Source: Alkalispirochaeta sp. (GTDB lineage: Bacteria; Spirochaetota; Spirochaetia; DSM-27196; Alkalispirochaetaceae). From it: a DNA stretch of 64,000 nucleotides. Under the pieces are notes generated by a model, which worked only from the letters and a program-made list of their open reading frames with translations, was not told the DNA's origin and made no database searches. The position numbers and the translations under genes were made by a program. The stretch covers positions 320,001-384,000 of the forward strand of contig CBDESZ010000004.1 in NCBI GenBank assembly GCA_965242725.1. The letters are read 5' to 3'. Of the stretch, positions 39,457 through 48,111 are shown one piece after another; positions within the stretch are counted from its first letter, which is position 1, and each line of letters begins with the position of its first letter.

Positions 39457-41211
39457 ATGGTGAGCACGCAACGGAAAATGCGATGGCCGTGGATCGCCGG
39501 GGTGGCGGCCGTGGCGGGCCTGGCGCTGGTGGCGCTGGTGTTCGCCGGGTCGTACTCATGGTTCCGCAACGCCGAACTGGCGCGGGCGGAAAGCCGGGCA
39601 CAGCTTTACCAAAGCACGCTGGTGGCGGCGCTGGAGCGGTTCCAGCACTTGCCGTTCATCTTGGCGCAAGACCGGGCGGTGGTGCGGGCGGCGGCCGGGA
39701 CCGGGCGGGACGCGCTGAACGAACGGCTGGCGGAATTCGCGGCGCTGGCGCAGCTCGAGGCGATTTACCTGATGGACACGTCGGGGCTGACGGTGGCGGC
39801 ATCGAACCACGCCGCCGAGCTGACGTTCCTGGGCCAGAACTACGGCTTCCGGCCGTACTTCCAAGACGCCTTGGCGGGGCAGCGGGGTGAATTCTTCGCG
39901 ATCGGCGCGACGACGAGCCGGCCGGGATACTTCGTCGCCGAAGGGGTGCGGGACGGCGACGGCGTGGTGGTCGGGGTGCTGGCGATCAAGGTCGACCTGA
40001 GCGACCTGGCGGCGGCCTGGGCGGCCGGCGGCGAGCCGGTACTGGTGGCCAACGCCGACGGCGTGGTGGTGCTGGCGTCGGAGCCGGCGTGGCAATACCA
40101 GACGCTGGCGCCGCTGTCGGCGGCGCAACGGGCGGCGATCGCGGCGGAGCGGCAGTTCGGCAGCGAACAACTGGCGCCGATCGGCTGGCGGCAGGAGGCG
40201 GCGGACGCAGTGGTGCTGGACGGGCGCGACTACGTGCACGTGGCGTCGCCGGTGACGCGGCTGGGCTGGACGCTGCACTTCCTGGCGGACGAGCGGCGGG
40301 TGCTGGAACGGGTGTGGGGCGCGGTGGTCGCGGCGGCGATCATCCTGGCGCTGCTGGCGGCGCTGTTCATCTATCTACGGGCAGAGAGGATGCGAGCGGC
40401 GTTGCAGTTGTCGCAGGCGGACCGGCGGCAATTGCGGGCGGTGAACACGCAACTGGCCGGGGAAATCAAGGAACGGCGGGCGGCGGAAGAGCGGCTGGAG
40501 GAAGCGCAGTCGGAACTGCAGCGGGCGAGCAAGCTGGCGGCGCTGGGGCAACTGGCGGCGTCGGTGACCCATGAGTTGGGGCAACCGCTGTCGGCGATGC
40601 GCAACTACCTGACGGTGGCGGAATTCGCCGGCGAGCGGGGCACCACGGACCTGGCGGCGCACCTGCGGCGCATCGTGGCGCGGATGGAGAACATCACCAA
40701 GCAACTGCGGTTCTTCGCCGGGCCGGGGGAAAACAAGCTGGAGGACTTCGACCTGCGGGCGGTGCTGGACGGGGCGTCGGTGCTGGTGCAACACGACGTG
40801 CGGGCGGCGGGCATCGCGCTGACCGTCGAGCAGCCGGCGGCGCCGGTGACGGTGACGGGGAACCGGCTTCGGGTCGAACAGGTGCTGGTCAACTTGCTGA
40901 AAAACGCCATCGCGGCGATGGCGGAGACGCCGGATGGGACGCTGACGGTGTCGATCACCGCGGCGGCGCCGTACGCCGAGTTGGCGGTAGCGGACACGGG
41001 ACATGGGCTGGGTGGGATGACCATCGAGCAACTGCGCGAGCCGTTCCACACGACGCGGGCGTCGGGCGAAGGCATGGGGCTGGGCCTGGCGATCGCGGCG
41101 GAGATCGTCAAGGAGCACGGTGGGCGGTTGAGCGCGGCCGAGCGTGACGGCGGCGGCGCGGTGTTCACGGTGGCGCTGCCGCTAACGGCAGCAGCAGCCG
41201 CGACGGCATGA
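39457..41211 (+). CDS. dctB: DctB-like sensor histidine kinase
   Basis: TM-Cache 'NYGFRPYF'-TM; H-box 'VTHELGQPL'; N, D and G boxes. Confidence 0.88.
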   Translation: MVSTQRKMRWPWIAGVAAVAGLALVALVFAGSYSWFRNAELARAESRAQLYQSTLVAALERFQHLPFILAQDRAVVRAAAGTGRDALNERLAEFAALAQLEAIYLMDTSGLTVAASNHAAELTFLGQNYGFRPYFQDALAGQRGEFFAIGATTSRPGYFVAEGVRDGDGVVVGVLAIKVDLSDLAAAWAAGGEPVLVANADGVVVLASEPAWQYQTLAPLSAAQRAAIAAERQFGSEQLAPIGWRQEAADAVVLDGRDYVHVASPVTRLGWTLHFLADERRVLERVWGAVVAAAIILALLAALFIYLRAERMRAALQLSQADRRQLRAVNTQLAGEIKERRAAEERLEEAQSELQRASKLAALGQLAASVTHELGQPLSAMRNYLTVAEFAGERGTTDLAAHLRRIVARMENITKQLRFFAGPGENKLEDFDLRAVLDGASVLVQHDVRAAGIALTVEQPAAPVTVTGNRLRVEQVLVNLLKNAIAAMAETPDGTLTVSITAAAPYAELAVADTGHGLGGMTIEQLREPFHTTRASGEGMGLGLAIAAEIVKEHGGRLSAAERDGGGAVFTVALPLTAAAAATA

Positions 41212-42581
41212 GCGCGCCGCTGGCACGGGACGTTGGATCCCGCGAGCCCGGGTTCCGGATTGTCGTGGTCGACGACGACCGGGAGATGCGGCAATCGCTG
41301 GCCGACCTGTTGGCGGCGGCGGGGTGGCAGGCGGAAGTGCTGGCGCGGGGCGACGAGGTGTTGCGGCTGCTCGACACGACGGCGCCGGACGTGGTGCTGA
41401 GCGACGTGCGGATGCCGGGGATGAGCGGCCTCGACCTGTTGAACGAACTGACCGGACGGGGTGCGCCGCCGGTGGTGCTGATTTCGGCGCACGGCGACAT
41501 CCCGATGGCGGTGGAGGCGATGCAGGCGGGCGCCTACAGCTTCCTGGAGAAACCGTTCGACCCGCACCGGCTGTTGACGGTGCTGAAGCACGCGGCGGAA
41601 CAACATCGCCTGCGGCAGGACGCCGACCGGCTGCGGGCGCGGTTGGCGCGGCTCGCGGGGCTGGACCGGGTGCTGCTGGGGGAGACGCCGGCGCTGCGGG
41701 CGGTGCGCGAGGACATCCTCGACCTGAGCGACACCCGGGCGACGGTGTTGATCGTCGGCGAGACGGGGACGGGCAAGGAATTGGTGGCGCGGGCGCTGCA
41801 CGACCTGAGCGCGCGGGCGGCGGGGCCGTTCGTGGCGCTGAACTGCGCTGCGATCCCGGTGCGGCAATTCGAGGAAAGCACGTTCGGCGGCGTCGACGGC
41901 AACGAGGGGATCCTGACGCGGGCGGACACGGGGACGCTGTTTCTCGACGAAGTGGCGGAATGCCCGACGGGGGTCCAGGCGAAACTCCTACGGGCGCTGG
42001 AGACCGGCGAGTTCACGCCGGTGGGCAGCGACCGGCCGCGGCGGGTCGACGTGCGGGTGATCTCGGCGGCGAACGAGCCGCTGGACGCGGCGGTGGAAGA
42101 CGGGCGATTTCGCGACGATCTGTACTTTCGGCTGAACAACGTGGTGCTGACGCTGCCGGCGTTGCGCGACCGGCGGGACGACGTGCCGCTGCTGTACCAG
42201 CACTTTCTGGCGCAGCACGCGGCGCTGTACGAGATCGCGGCGCCGGAGACGACGGCGGAAGACCTGTCGGCGCTGCTGGCGCACGACTGGCCGGGCAACG
42301 TGCGGGAGCTGCGCCACGTGGCGCAGCGGCGGGCGCTGGCGGCGCGGCGCGGGCGCGGGTCGGCGGCGGAGGCGATCCGGGTCGATGATGGGGGCGGCGA
42401 CAGCGATGTGCCGGACACCCTGCGGGAGGCGGTGGCGGCGCTGGAGCGGCACCTGATCGCCAACGCGATCCGGACCCATAACGGGCGGATGGACGCGGTG
42501 GCCGAGGCATTGGGGATCGGGCGGCGGACGCTGAACGAAAAGATCGTCAAACTGGGGCTGAACAAGGCCGAATTGCTGTAG
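41208..42581 (+). CDS. dctD: DctD-like response regulator (REC-AAA+-Fis HTH) lacking GAFTGA
   Basis: 'SDVRMPG', GETGTGKE, 'TLFLDEV', 'WPGNVREL', HTH; ATGA overlap with dctB. Confidence 0.87.
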   Translation: MSAPLARDVGSREPGFRIVVVDDDREMRQSLADLLAAAGWQAEVLARGDEVLRLLDTTAPDVVLSDVRMPGMSGLDLLNELTGRGAPPVVLISAHGDIPMAVEAMQAGAYSFLEKPFDPHRLLTVLKHAAEQHRLRQDADRLRARLARLAGLDRVLLGETPALRAVREDILDLSDTRATVLIVGETGTGKELVARALHDLSARAAGPFVALNCAAIPVRQFEESTFGGVDGNEGILTRADTGTLFLDEVAECPTGVQAKLLRALETGEFTPVGSDRPRRVDVRVISAANEPLDAAVEDGRFRDDLYFRLNNVVLTLPALRDRRDDVPLLYQHFLAQHAALYEIAAPETTAEDLSALLAHDWPGNVRELRHVAQRRALAARRGRGSAAEAIRVDDGGGDSDVPDTLREAVAALERHLIANAIRTHNGRMDAVAEALGIGRRTLNEKIVKLGLNKAELL

Positions 42582-42590
42582 GCACGCCTG

Positions 42591-42636
42591 GCGGAAATCC
42601 GCATGCGCGGCCGCCATGGCGGCGCGGATTTCTTCA
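42591..42636. promoter_or_regulatory. Two DctD-type binding sites (GCGGAAATCCGC; GCGGATTTCTTC) 33 bp apart
   Basis: Read directly upstream of the TAXI gene; resembles the rhizobial dctA upstream activator palindrome (recalled from memory). Confidence 0.6.
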
Positions 42637-42732
42637 TAGGCAGGGTTGGCGGCGACCTCTTAAGGTTGTGGGATCAGAGGTTGTCCGGCCGGGGGCCGGT
42701 GCCTCACCAGAACACAGTCGGGAGGACTCTTA

Positions 42733-43752
42733 ATGTCTGTCATCAAGAAGGCGTTGGTGCTGACGGCAAGCGCGGTCGTGGCCGGTGGCTTGGCCGCGCA
42801 GGCTCAAGCGCAAGAGGAACGGAACTATCTGCTGGCGACGGCGAGCACGGGAGGGACGTACTACCCGGTCGGCGTGGCGCTGTCGACGCTGACCAAGGTC
42901 AAGCTGCAGCCACGGCAGAAGATCAACATGTCGGCGATCAACTCGGCCGGGTCGGGCGAGAACGTGCGGCTGCTGCGGGAGGACGAAGCGCAGTTCGCGA
43001 TCCTGCAAGGGCTGTTCGGCTACTACGCGGCGACGGGCACGGGGCCGATCGAGGCCGACGGGCCGCAGGAAAACCTGCGCAGCGTGTCGATGCTGTGGTC
43101 GAACGTCGAGCACTTCGTGGTGAAGAAGGAATATGCCGAGACCGGGACGGTGTCGGACTTCTTCAACCTGAAGGGTGAGACGGTGTCGATGGGGCGCCAG
43201 AACTCGGGCACCATCGGGTCCAACAACGTGCTGATGGGTAACCTCGGCGTCGACATGGAGGGCGAATACGACTTGGCCTTCATGGGCTACACGCCGAGCG
43301 CCGAGGCGCTGCAGAACGGCAACATCGAAGGCATGAGCACGCCGGCTGGCGCGCCGGTCGGTGCCGTCACGCAGGCGCTCGCCGCGCTGGGTGAAGACGC
43401 GGTGGTGCTCGACTTCACCGACGAGCAGGCGGCGCAGGCCGACGGCGGGTTCGGGTTGTGGACACGCTACGTCATCCCGGCCGGGACCTATCCGGGCCAG
43501 GACAAGGACATCAACACCATCGCCCAGCCGAACTTCCTGGCGGTGCGTGACGACGTCGACGAAGACGCGGTCTACCAGATCACCAAGACGGTGTACGAGA
43601 ACCTGGCGTTCCTGCAGGGCATCCACGGCGCGACCAAGGCGATGAGCCTGGACGCGGCGCTGGCCGGGCTGCCGCTGCCGCTGCACCCGGGCGCGCTAAA
43701 GTACTACCAGGAGGTCGGGATCGACGTGCCCGACAATCTGATCGCGCAATAG
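42733..43752 (+). CDS. TAXI family TRAP transporter solute-binding protein
   Basis: 'ATASTGGTYYPVG', 'SAGSGENV', 'PLHPGALKYY'; GGAGG RBS. Confidence 0.92.
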   Translation: MSVIKKALVLTASAVVAGGLAAQAQAQEERNYLLATASTGGTYYPVGVALSTLTKVKLQPRQKINMSAINSAGSGENVRLLREDEAQFAILQGLFGYYAATGTGPIEADGPQENLRSVSMLWSNVEHFVVKKEYAETGTVSDFFNLKGETVSMGRQNSGTIGSNNVLMGNLGVDMEGEYDLAFMGYTPSAEALQNGNIEGMSTPAGAPVGAVTQALAALGEDAVVLDFTDEQAAQADGGFGLWTRYVIPAGTYPGQDKDINTIAQPNFLAVRDDVDEDAVYQITKTVYENLAFLQGIHGATKAMSLDAALAGLPLPLHPGALKYYQEVGIDVPDNLIAQ

Positions 43753-43760
43753 ATCTTAAA

Positions 43761-43787
43761 GCGGTGGCGCCCGAGTGGCGCCACCGC
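43761..43787 (+). terminator. Intergenic stem-loop after the TAXI SBP gene
   Basis: GCGGTGGCGCC-CGAGT-GGCGCCACCGC. Confidence 0.5.
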
Positions 43788-43798
43788 GACTCTTGGAG

Positions 43799-45949
43799 AT
43801 GACCACCACCGCCGACGCGACGAAGGCTCCAGGGGGGACGGTTCCGGGGGCCGACGTACCGGGGTCGGACGCGGGAACGCCGGAGGGCCAGCGGCAAGGG
43901 CCGATCCTGAACCGGGTGGTGTTCTGGGTCGGCATCGCGCTGTCCGTCGCCCACATCTATTTCAATACGCGGGGCACGCTGTCGACGCTGTGGATGTCGG
44001 CCTGGCATTTCGCCGGGCTGGGGTTCATGTGCGCCCTGCTCTACCCGATGTTCCACCCGCGGCACGCGGGGACGAAGCGGGCGCTGTTGGTGGCCGACGT
44101 GGCGATCGGCGTCGCCGTGGCGGCGGCGGCGGTGTTCCTGATCAGCCAGGAAAACGCGATCTACGACCGGGGGGTGCGGCTGTCGCTGGCGAACTGGGTG
44201 GCGGCGATTTTCCTGATCGTCGCGGCGATCGACCTGACGCGGCGGACGACGGGGCTGATCATCCCGATCCTGATCGTGCTGGCGATGACCTACGTGGCGT
44301 GGTGGGGCGAGCTGATCGGCGGGATCTTCAAGTTCCGCGGGCTGTCGTTGGAGACGATCCTGTTCCGCTCGGTGTACGGCGACGAGGCGATGTTCGGGGT
44401 GATCGCGCGGATCTCGGCGACCGTGGTGTTCATGTTCATTCTGTTCGGGGCGTTCCTGATCCGCTCCGGCGCGGGGGATTTCATTATCAACCTGGCGCGG
44501 GCGCTGGCCGGCAAGATGGTCGGCGGGCCGGGGCTGGTGGCGGTGTTCGCGTCGGGGCTGACGGGCACGATTTCGGGCTCGGCGGTGGGCAACACCATGT
44601 CGACGGGCTCGATCACCATCCCGCTGATGAAACGCAGCGGGTTCCCGGCGAAGTTCGCCGGCGGGGTCGAGGCGGCGGCGTCGACGGGCGGGCAGTTGAT
44701 GCCGCCGATCATGGGCGCCGGGGCGTTCGTGATGGCCAACTTCACGCAGATCAGCTACCTGAAAATCGTCTCGGTGAGCCTGCTGCCGGCGCTGCTGTAT
44801 TTCCTGTCGGTGGGCTTCTTCGTGCGCATCCAGGCGCGGCGCAAGGGGTTGCAGGTGGCGGGCGACGACGCGCCGCGGCTGGGCCAGGTGCTGCGGGCCG
44901 GTGGGCCGGCGTTCCTGTTGCCGATCGGCGTGCTGATCGTGCTGCTGATAATGGGGTTCACGCCGACATTCGCGGCGGGCTACGGGATTATCGCGGTGGT
45001 GGTGGCGTCGTGGCTGACGCCGAACAAGATGGGGCCCATGGCGGTGCTGGAGGCGCTGGCCATGGGCGCGCGCAGCATGGTGCCGATCGGGGTGCTGCTG
45101 ATCGCCATCGGGCTGGTCGTCAACGTGCTGGTGACGACGGGGGTGGGCAACACGCTGTCGCAGATGATCGCCCAGTGGTCGGGGGGCAGCCTGCTGATCG
45201 CCATGGTGCTGATCGCGCTGGCGTCGCTGATCCTCGGCATGGGGCTGCCGGTGACGGCGAGCTATATCGTGCTGGCGTCGCTGTCGGCGCCGGTGCTGTT
45301 CGAGCTGATTTCGCAGAACCACCTGGCGGCGACCATCGCGGCGGGCAGCCTGCCGCAGGAGGCGCAGGCGATCTTCCTGCTGGTGGCGCCGGAGCAGGTG
45401 GGGGCGTTGTCGCAGCCGATGGCGCTGGCCGACGCCAAGGCGCTGTTGGCGCTGGTGCCGCCGGACTTCCAACGGACGCTGCTCGACCAGGCACTGGACC
45501 CGGCGCTGCTGGCGACGGCGCTGATCAGCGCTCATATGATCATTTTCTGGCTGAGCCAGGACAGCAACGTGACGCCGCCGGTGTGCCTGACGGCGTTCGC
45601 GGCGGCGGCGATCGCCAAGACGCCGCCGATGGCGACGGGGTTGCAGGCGTGGAAATCGGCGAAGGGGCTGTACATCGTGCCGCTGCTGTTCGCCTATACG
45701 CCGCTGCTCGGCGGCAATGTGCCGGAAATGCTGGAGATCGCGGCGTTCGCGGCGCTCGGCCTGTATGCGCTGGCGGGGATGCTGGAGGGCTACTTGGAAG
45801 CGCCGGTGACGGTGGTAGAGCGCGTGGTGCTGGCCGGCGCCGGGGCGGCGCTGCTGTGGCCGGCGGGTCTGGTGGTGCACGGCGCCGGGGTGGTGGTGCT
45901 GGCGGCGGTGTTCTTCTGGTCGCTGCGGCGGGGGCGGCGGGCCGCGTAG
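43799..45949 (+). CDS. TRAP transporter fused 4TM/12TM permease
   Basis: 'GTISGSAVGN', 'EAAASTGGQLMPPIMGAGAF', 'LGMGLPVTASY', 'SNVTPPV'. Confidence 0.93.
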   Translation: MTTTADATKAPGGTVPGADVPGSDAGTPEGQRQGPILNRVVFWVGIALSVAHIYFNTRGTLSTLWMSAWHFAGLGFMCALLYPMFHPRHAGTKRALLVADVAIGVAVAAAAVFLISQENAIYDRGVRLSLANWVAAIFLIVAAIDLTRRTTGLIIPILIVLAMTYVAWWGELIGGIFKFRGLSLETILFRSVYGDEAMFGVIARISATVVFMFILFGAFLIRSGAGDFIINLARALAGKMVGGPGLVAVFASGLTGTISGSAVGNTMSTGSITIPLMKRSGFPAKFAGGVEAAASTGGQLMPPIMGAGAFVMANFTQISYLKIVSVSLLPALLYFLSVGFFVRIQARRKGLQVAGDDAPRLGQVLRAGGPAFLLPIGVLIVLLIMGFTPTFAAGYGIIAVVVASWLTPNKMGPMAVLEALAMGARSMVPIGVLLIAIGLVVNVLVTTGVGNTLSQMIAQWSGGSLLIAMVLIALASLILGMGLPVTASYIVLASLSAPVLFELISQNHLAATIAAGSLPQEAQAIFLLVAPEQVGALSQPMALADAKALLALVPPDFQRTLLDQALDPALLATALISAHMIIFWLSQDSNVTPPVCLTAFAAAAIAKTPPMATGLQAWKSAKGLYIVPLLFAYTPLLGGNVPEMLEIAAFAALGLYALAGMLEGYLEAPVTVVERVVLAGAGAALLWPAGLVVHGAGVVVLAAVFFWSLRRGRRAA

Positions 45950-46032
45950 GCTTCACGCCTATTTGCAGGGAGGGCGGGGCGGACTATCGTGGCGCCGAAC
46001 CAACTAGCACGATCAACCGGGGGCGGTGACGC

Positions 46033-46662
46033 ATGAAGATGTCGGGCGAGGAGACCATCGCGGCGCCGCGCGAGAAGGTGTGGGCGGCGCTGAACGATCC
46101 GGAGGTGCTGAAGCAATGCATCCCGGGCTGCGAGAGCGTCGAGAAGACCAGCGACACGAGCTTCGACGCCAAGGTGACGGCGAAGGTCGGGCCGGTGAAG
46201 GCGAAGTTCAGCGGCAGCGTCAACCTGACGGACCTGGACCCACCGAACGGCTACAAGATCAGCGGCGAAGGCAAAGGCGGCGCGGCCGGTTTCGCCAAGG
46301 GCGGGGCGACGGTGCGGCTGGCCGACGGTCCGGACGGCGCGACGGTGCTGAGCTACGACGTCGACGCCAGCGTCGGCGGCAAACTGGCGCAGCTCGGGGC
46401 GCGGCTGATCGACGGCACGGCGAAGAAGATGGCGGGCGAGTTCTTCGAGACGTTTGCCGGGGTGGTCGGCGGGGCGCCGACGGGCGCCGAGGCGGAACCG
46501 ACCCTGGGCGAACCACCGACCGCGGCGGCGGCCGACGAAACCCTGGCGGCGACGCCACAGCCGCCGCCGGTGAAGGAATCGCCGGGTGGGCTGTCGAGCA
46601 AGGCGTGGATCCTGCTGCTGGTTATTGTCGTTGTCATCGTGCTGGCCGTATTGTCAGCCTAA
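46033..46662 (+). CDS. coxG: CoxG (SRPBCC) family protein with C-terminal membrane anchor
   Basis: 'VWAALNDPEVLKQCIPGC', 'VGGKLAQLGARLID', terminal TM. Confidence 0.88.
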   Translation: MKMSGEETIAAPREKVWAALNDPEVLKQCIPGCESVEKTSDTSFDAKVTAKVGPVKAKFSGSVNLTDLDPPNGYKISGEGKGGAAGFAKGGATVRLADGPDGATVLSYDVDASVGGKLAQLGARLIDGTAKKMAGEFFETFAGVVGGAPTGAEAEPTLGEPPTAAAADETLAATPQPPPVKESPGGLSSKAWILLLVIVVVIVLAVLSA

Positions 46663-46770
46663 TCTGTCCGGGCGGCGCTTGACCCCCGGGAATTCGCGGT
46701 AAAGTATTCACGCGGTTCGCGCGGCGGCCAGCCGGGTACGGCCGCTATTTGTTTCTTGGGAGGAAGATCG

Positions 46771-47241
46771 ATGCCAACGGTGACGCTGTCGGTGAACGGC
46801 CAGCAGGTGAGCGGCGAGGTGGAGAACCGCACGCTGCTGGTGGATTTCTTGCGCGAGCAGCTGATGCTGACGGGCACCCACGTGGGGTGCGACACGAGCC
46901 AATGCGGGGCGTGCGTCGTCGACCTGGACGGGGTGTCGGCGAAGTCGTGTACGGTGCTGGCGGTGCAGGCCGACGGCCGATCGGTGACGACGATCGAGGG
47001 CCTGGCGACGAGCGACGAACTGCACCCGATGCAGCAGGCGTTCCAGGATCACCACGGGCTGCAATGCGGCTATTGCACGCCGGGCATGGTGATGAGCGCG
47101 ATCGACCTGGCAAACAGCAAGCCGAACCCGACGGAAGAGGACGTGCGCGACTGGCTGGAAGGCAACCTGTGCCGGTGCACGGGGTATCAGAATATCGTCA
47201 AGTCGGTGCTGGCCGGCGCCGCGGCGATGCGGGGGGGCTGA
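46771..47241 (+). CDS. coxS: CoxS/CutS-type 2x[2Fe-2S] small subunit
   Basis: '[10 protein letters not shown]', 'LQCGYCTPG', 'GNLCRCTGY'. Confidence 0.92.
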   Translation: MPTVTLSVNGQQVSGEVENRTLLVDFLREQLMLTGTHVGCDTSQCGACVVDLDGVSAKSCTVLAVQADGRSVTTIEGLATSDELHPMQQAFQDHHGLQCGYCTPGMVMSAIDLANSKPNPTEEDVRDWLEGNLCRCTGYQNIVKSVLAGAAAMRGG

Positions 47242-47244
47242 GGC

Positions 47245-48042
47245 ATGTACGAATTCAACTATCGGCGGGCGGAGACGGTGGCCGACGCGGTGGCGCAGCG
47301 GGACGCGGCCGAGGACGGCACCTACATGGCCGGCGGCATGACGCTGATCCCGACGCTGAAACAACGCTTGGCGATGCCGAGCGATGTGGTCGACATCGGC
47401 GGGATGCGGGACATCCAAGGGGTGCGCGACGACGGCGGCGCGATCGCGATCGGCGCCGGCACGACCCACCGGGCGGTGGCGGGATCGGACATCGTTTTGG
47501 CGCGGATTCCGGCGCTGGCGGCACTGGCCGGCGGGATCGGCGACCCGGCAGTGCGCAGCCGGGGAACGCTCGGCGGTTCGATCGCCAACAACGACCCGGC
47601 GGCGGACTACCCGGCGGCGTGCCTGGGGCTGGGCGCGACCATCGTCACGGACCGGCGGGAACTGAGCGCCGACGACTACTTCACGGGCATGTTCGAGACG
47701 GCGTTGGAAGACGGCGAACTGGTGACCGAAGTGCGGTTTCCGGTGCCGGCCAAGGCTGCCTACGCCAAGTTCGACAACCCGGCGTCGCGGTACGCCATCG
47801 TCGGGGTGTTCGTGGCACAGACGGACGGCGGGCCACGGGTCGCGGTGACCGGCGCGGGGCAGGACGGGGTGTTCCGGGTGGCGGCGATGGAAGAGGCGCT
47901 GGCCGGGGGCTGGAACGCCGACGCCGTGGCCGGGGTCGCGGTGCCGGCGACGGGGCTGAACGGCGACATTCACTCGTCGGCGGCACACCGGGCGCAGTTG
48001 ATCACGGTGATGGCGAAACGGGCGGTGGCGGCCGCCGGCTGA
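47245..48042 (+). CDS. coxM: CoxM/CutM-type FAD-binding medium subunit
   Basis: 'AGGMTLIPTLKQRLA', 'GTLGGSIANNDPAADYPA', 'NPASRYA'. Confidence 0.92.
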   Translation: MYEFNYRRAETVADAVAQRDAAEDGTYMAGGMTLIPTLKQRLAMPSDVVDIGGMRDIQGVRDDGGAIAIGAGTTHRAVAGSDIVLARIPALAALAGGIGDPAVRSRGTLGGSIANNDPAADYPAACLGLGATIVTDRRELSADDYFTGMFETALEDGELVTEVRFPVPAKAAYAKFDNPASRYAIVGVFVAQTDGGPRVAVTGAGQDGVFRVAAMEEALAGGWNADAVAGVAVPATGLNGDIHSSAAHRAQLITVMAKRAVAAAG

Positions 48043-48111
48043 CCGCGGCAACCGCGGGTCGGCGACACCTGACGGTTTCGGGACACTGGGGCGCGGCTCG
48101 TCTATAACCAC

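Noticed and set aside
43580..46029. Long alternative-frame ORFs (766 aa minus, 679 aa plus), and similar ones at 30291-31862, 34682-36388 and 49697-51610
   Set aside because: Arg/Gly/Pro-rich shadow ORFs expected in very GC-rich coding DNA, overlapping well-supported genes.
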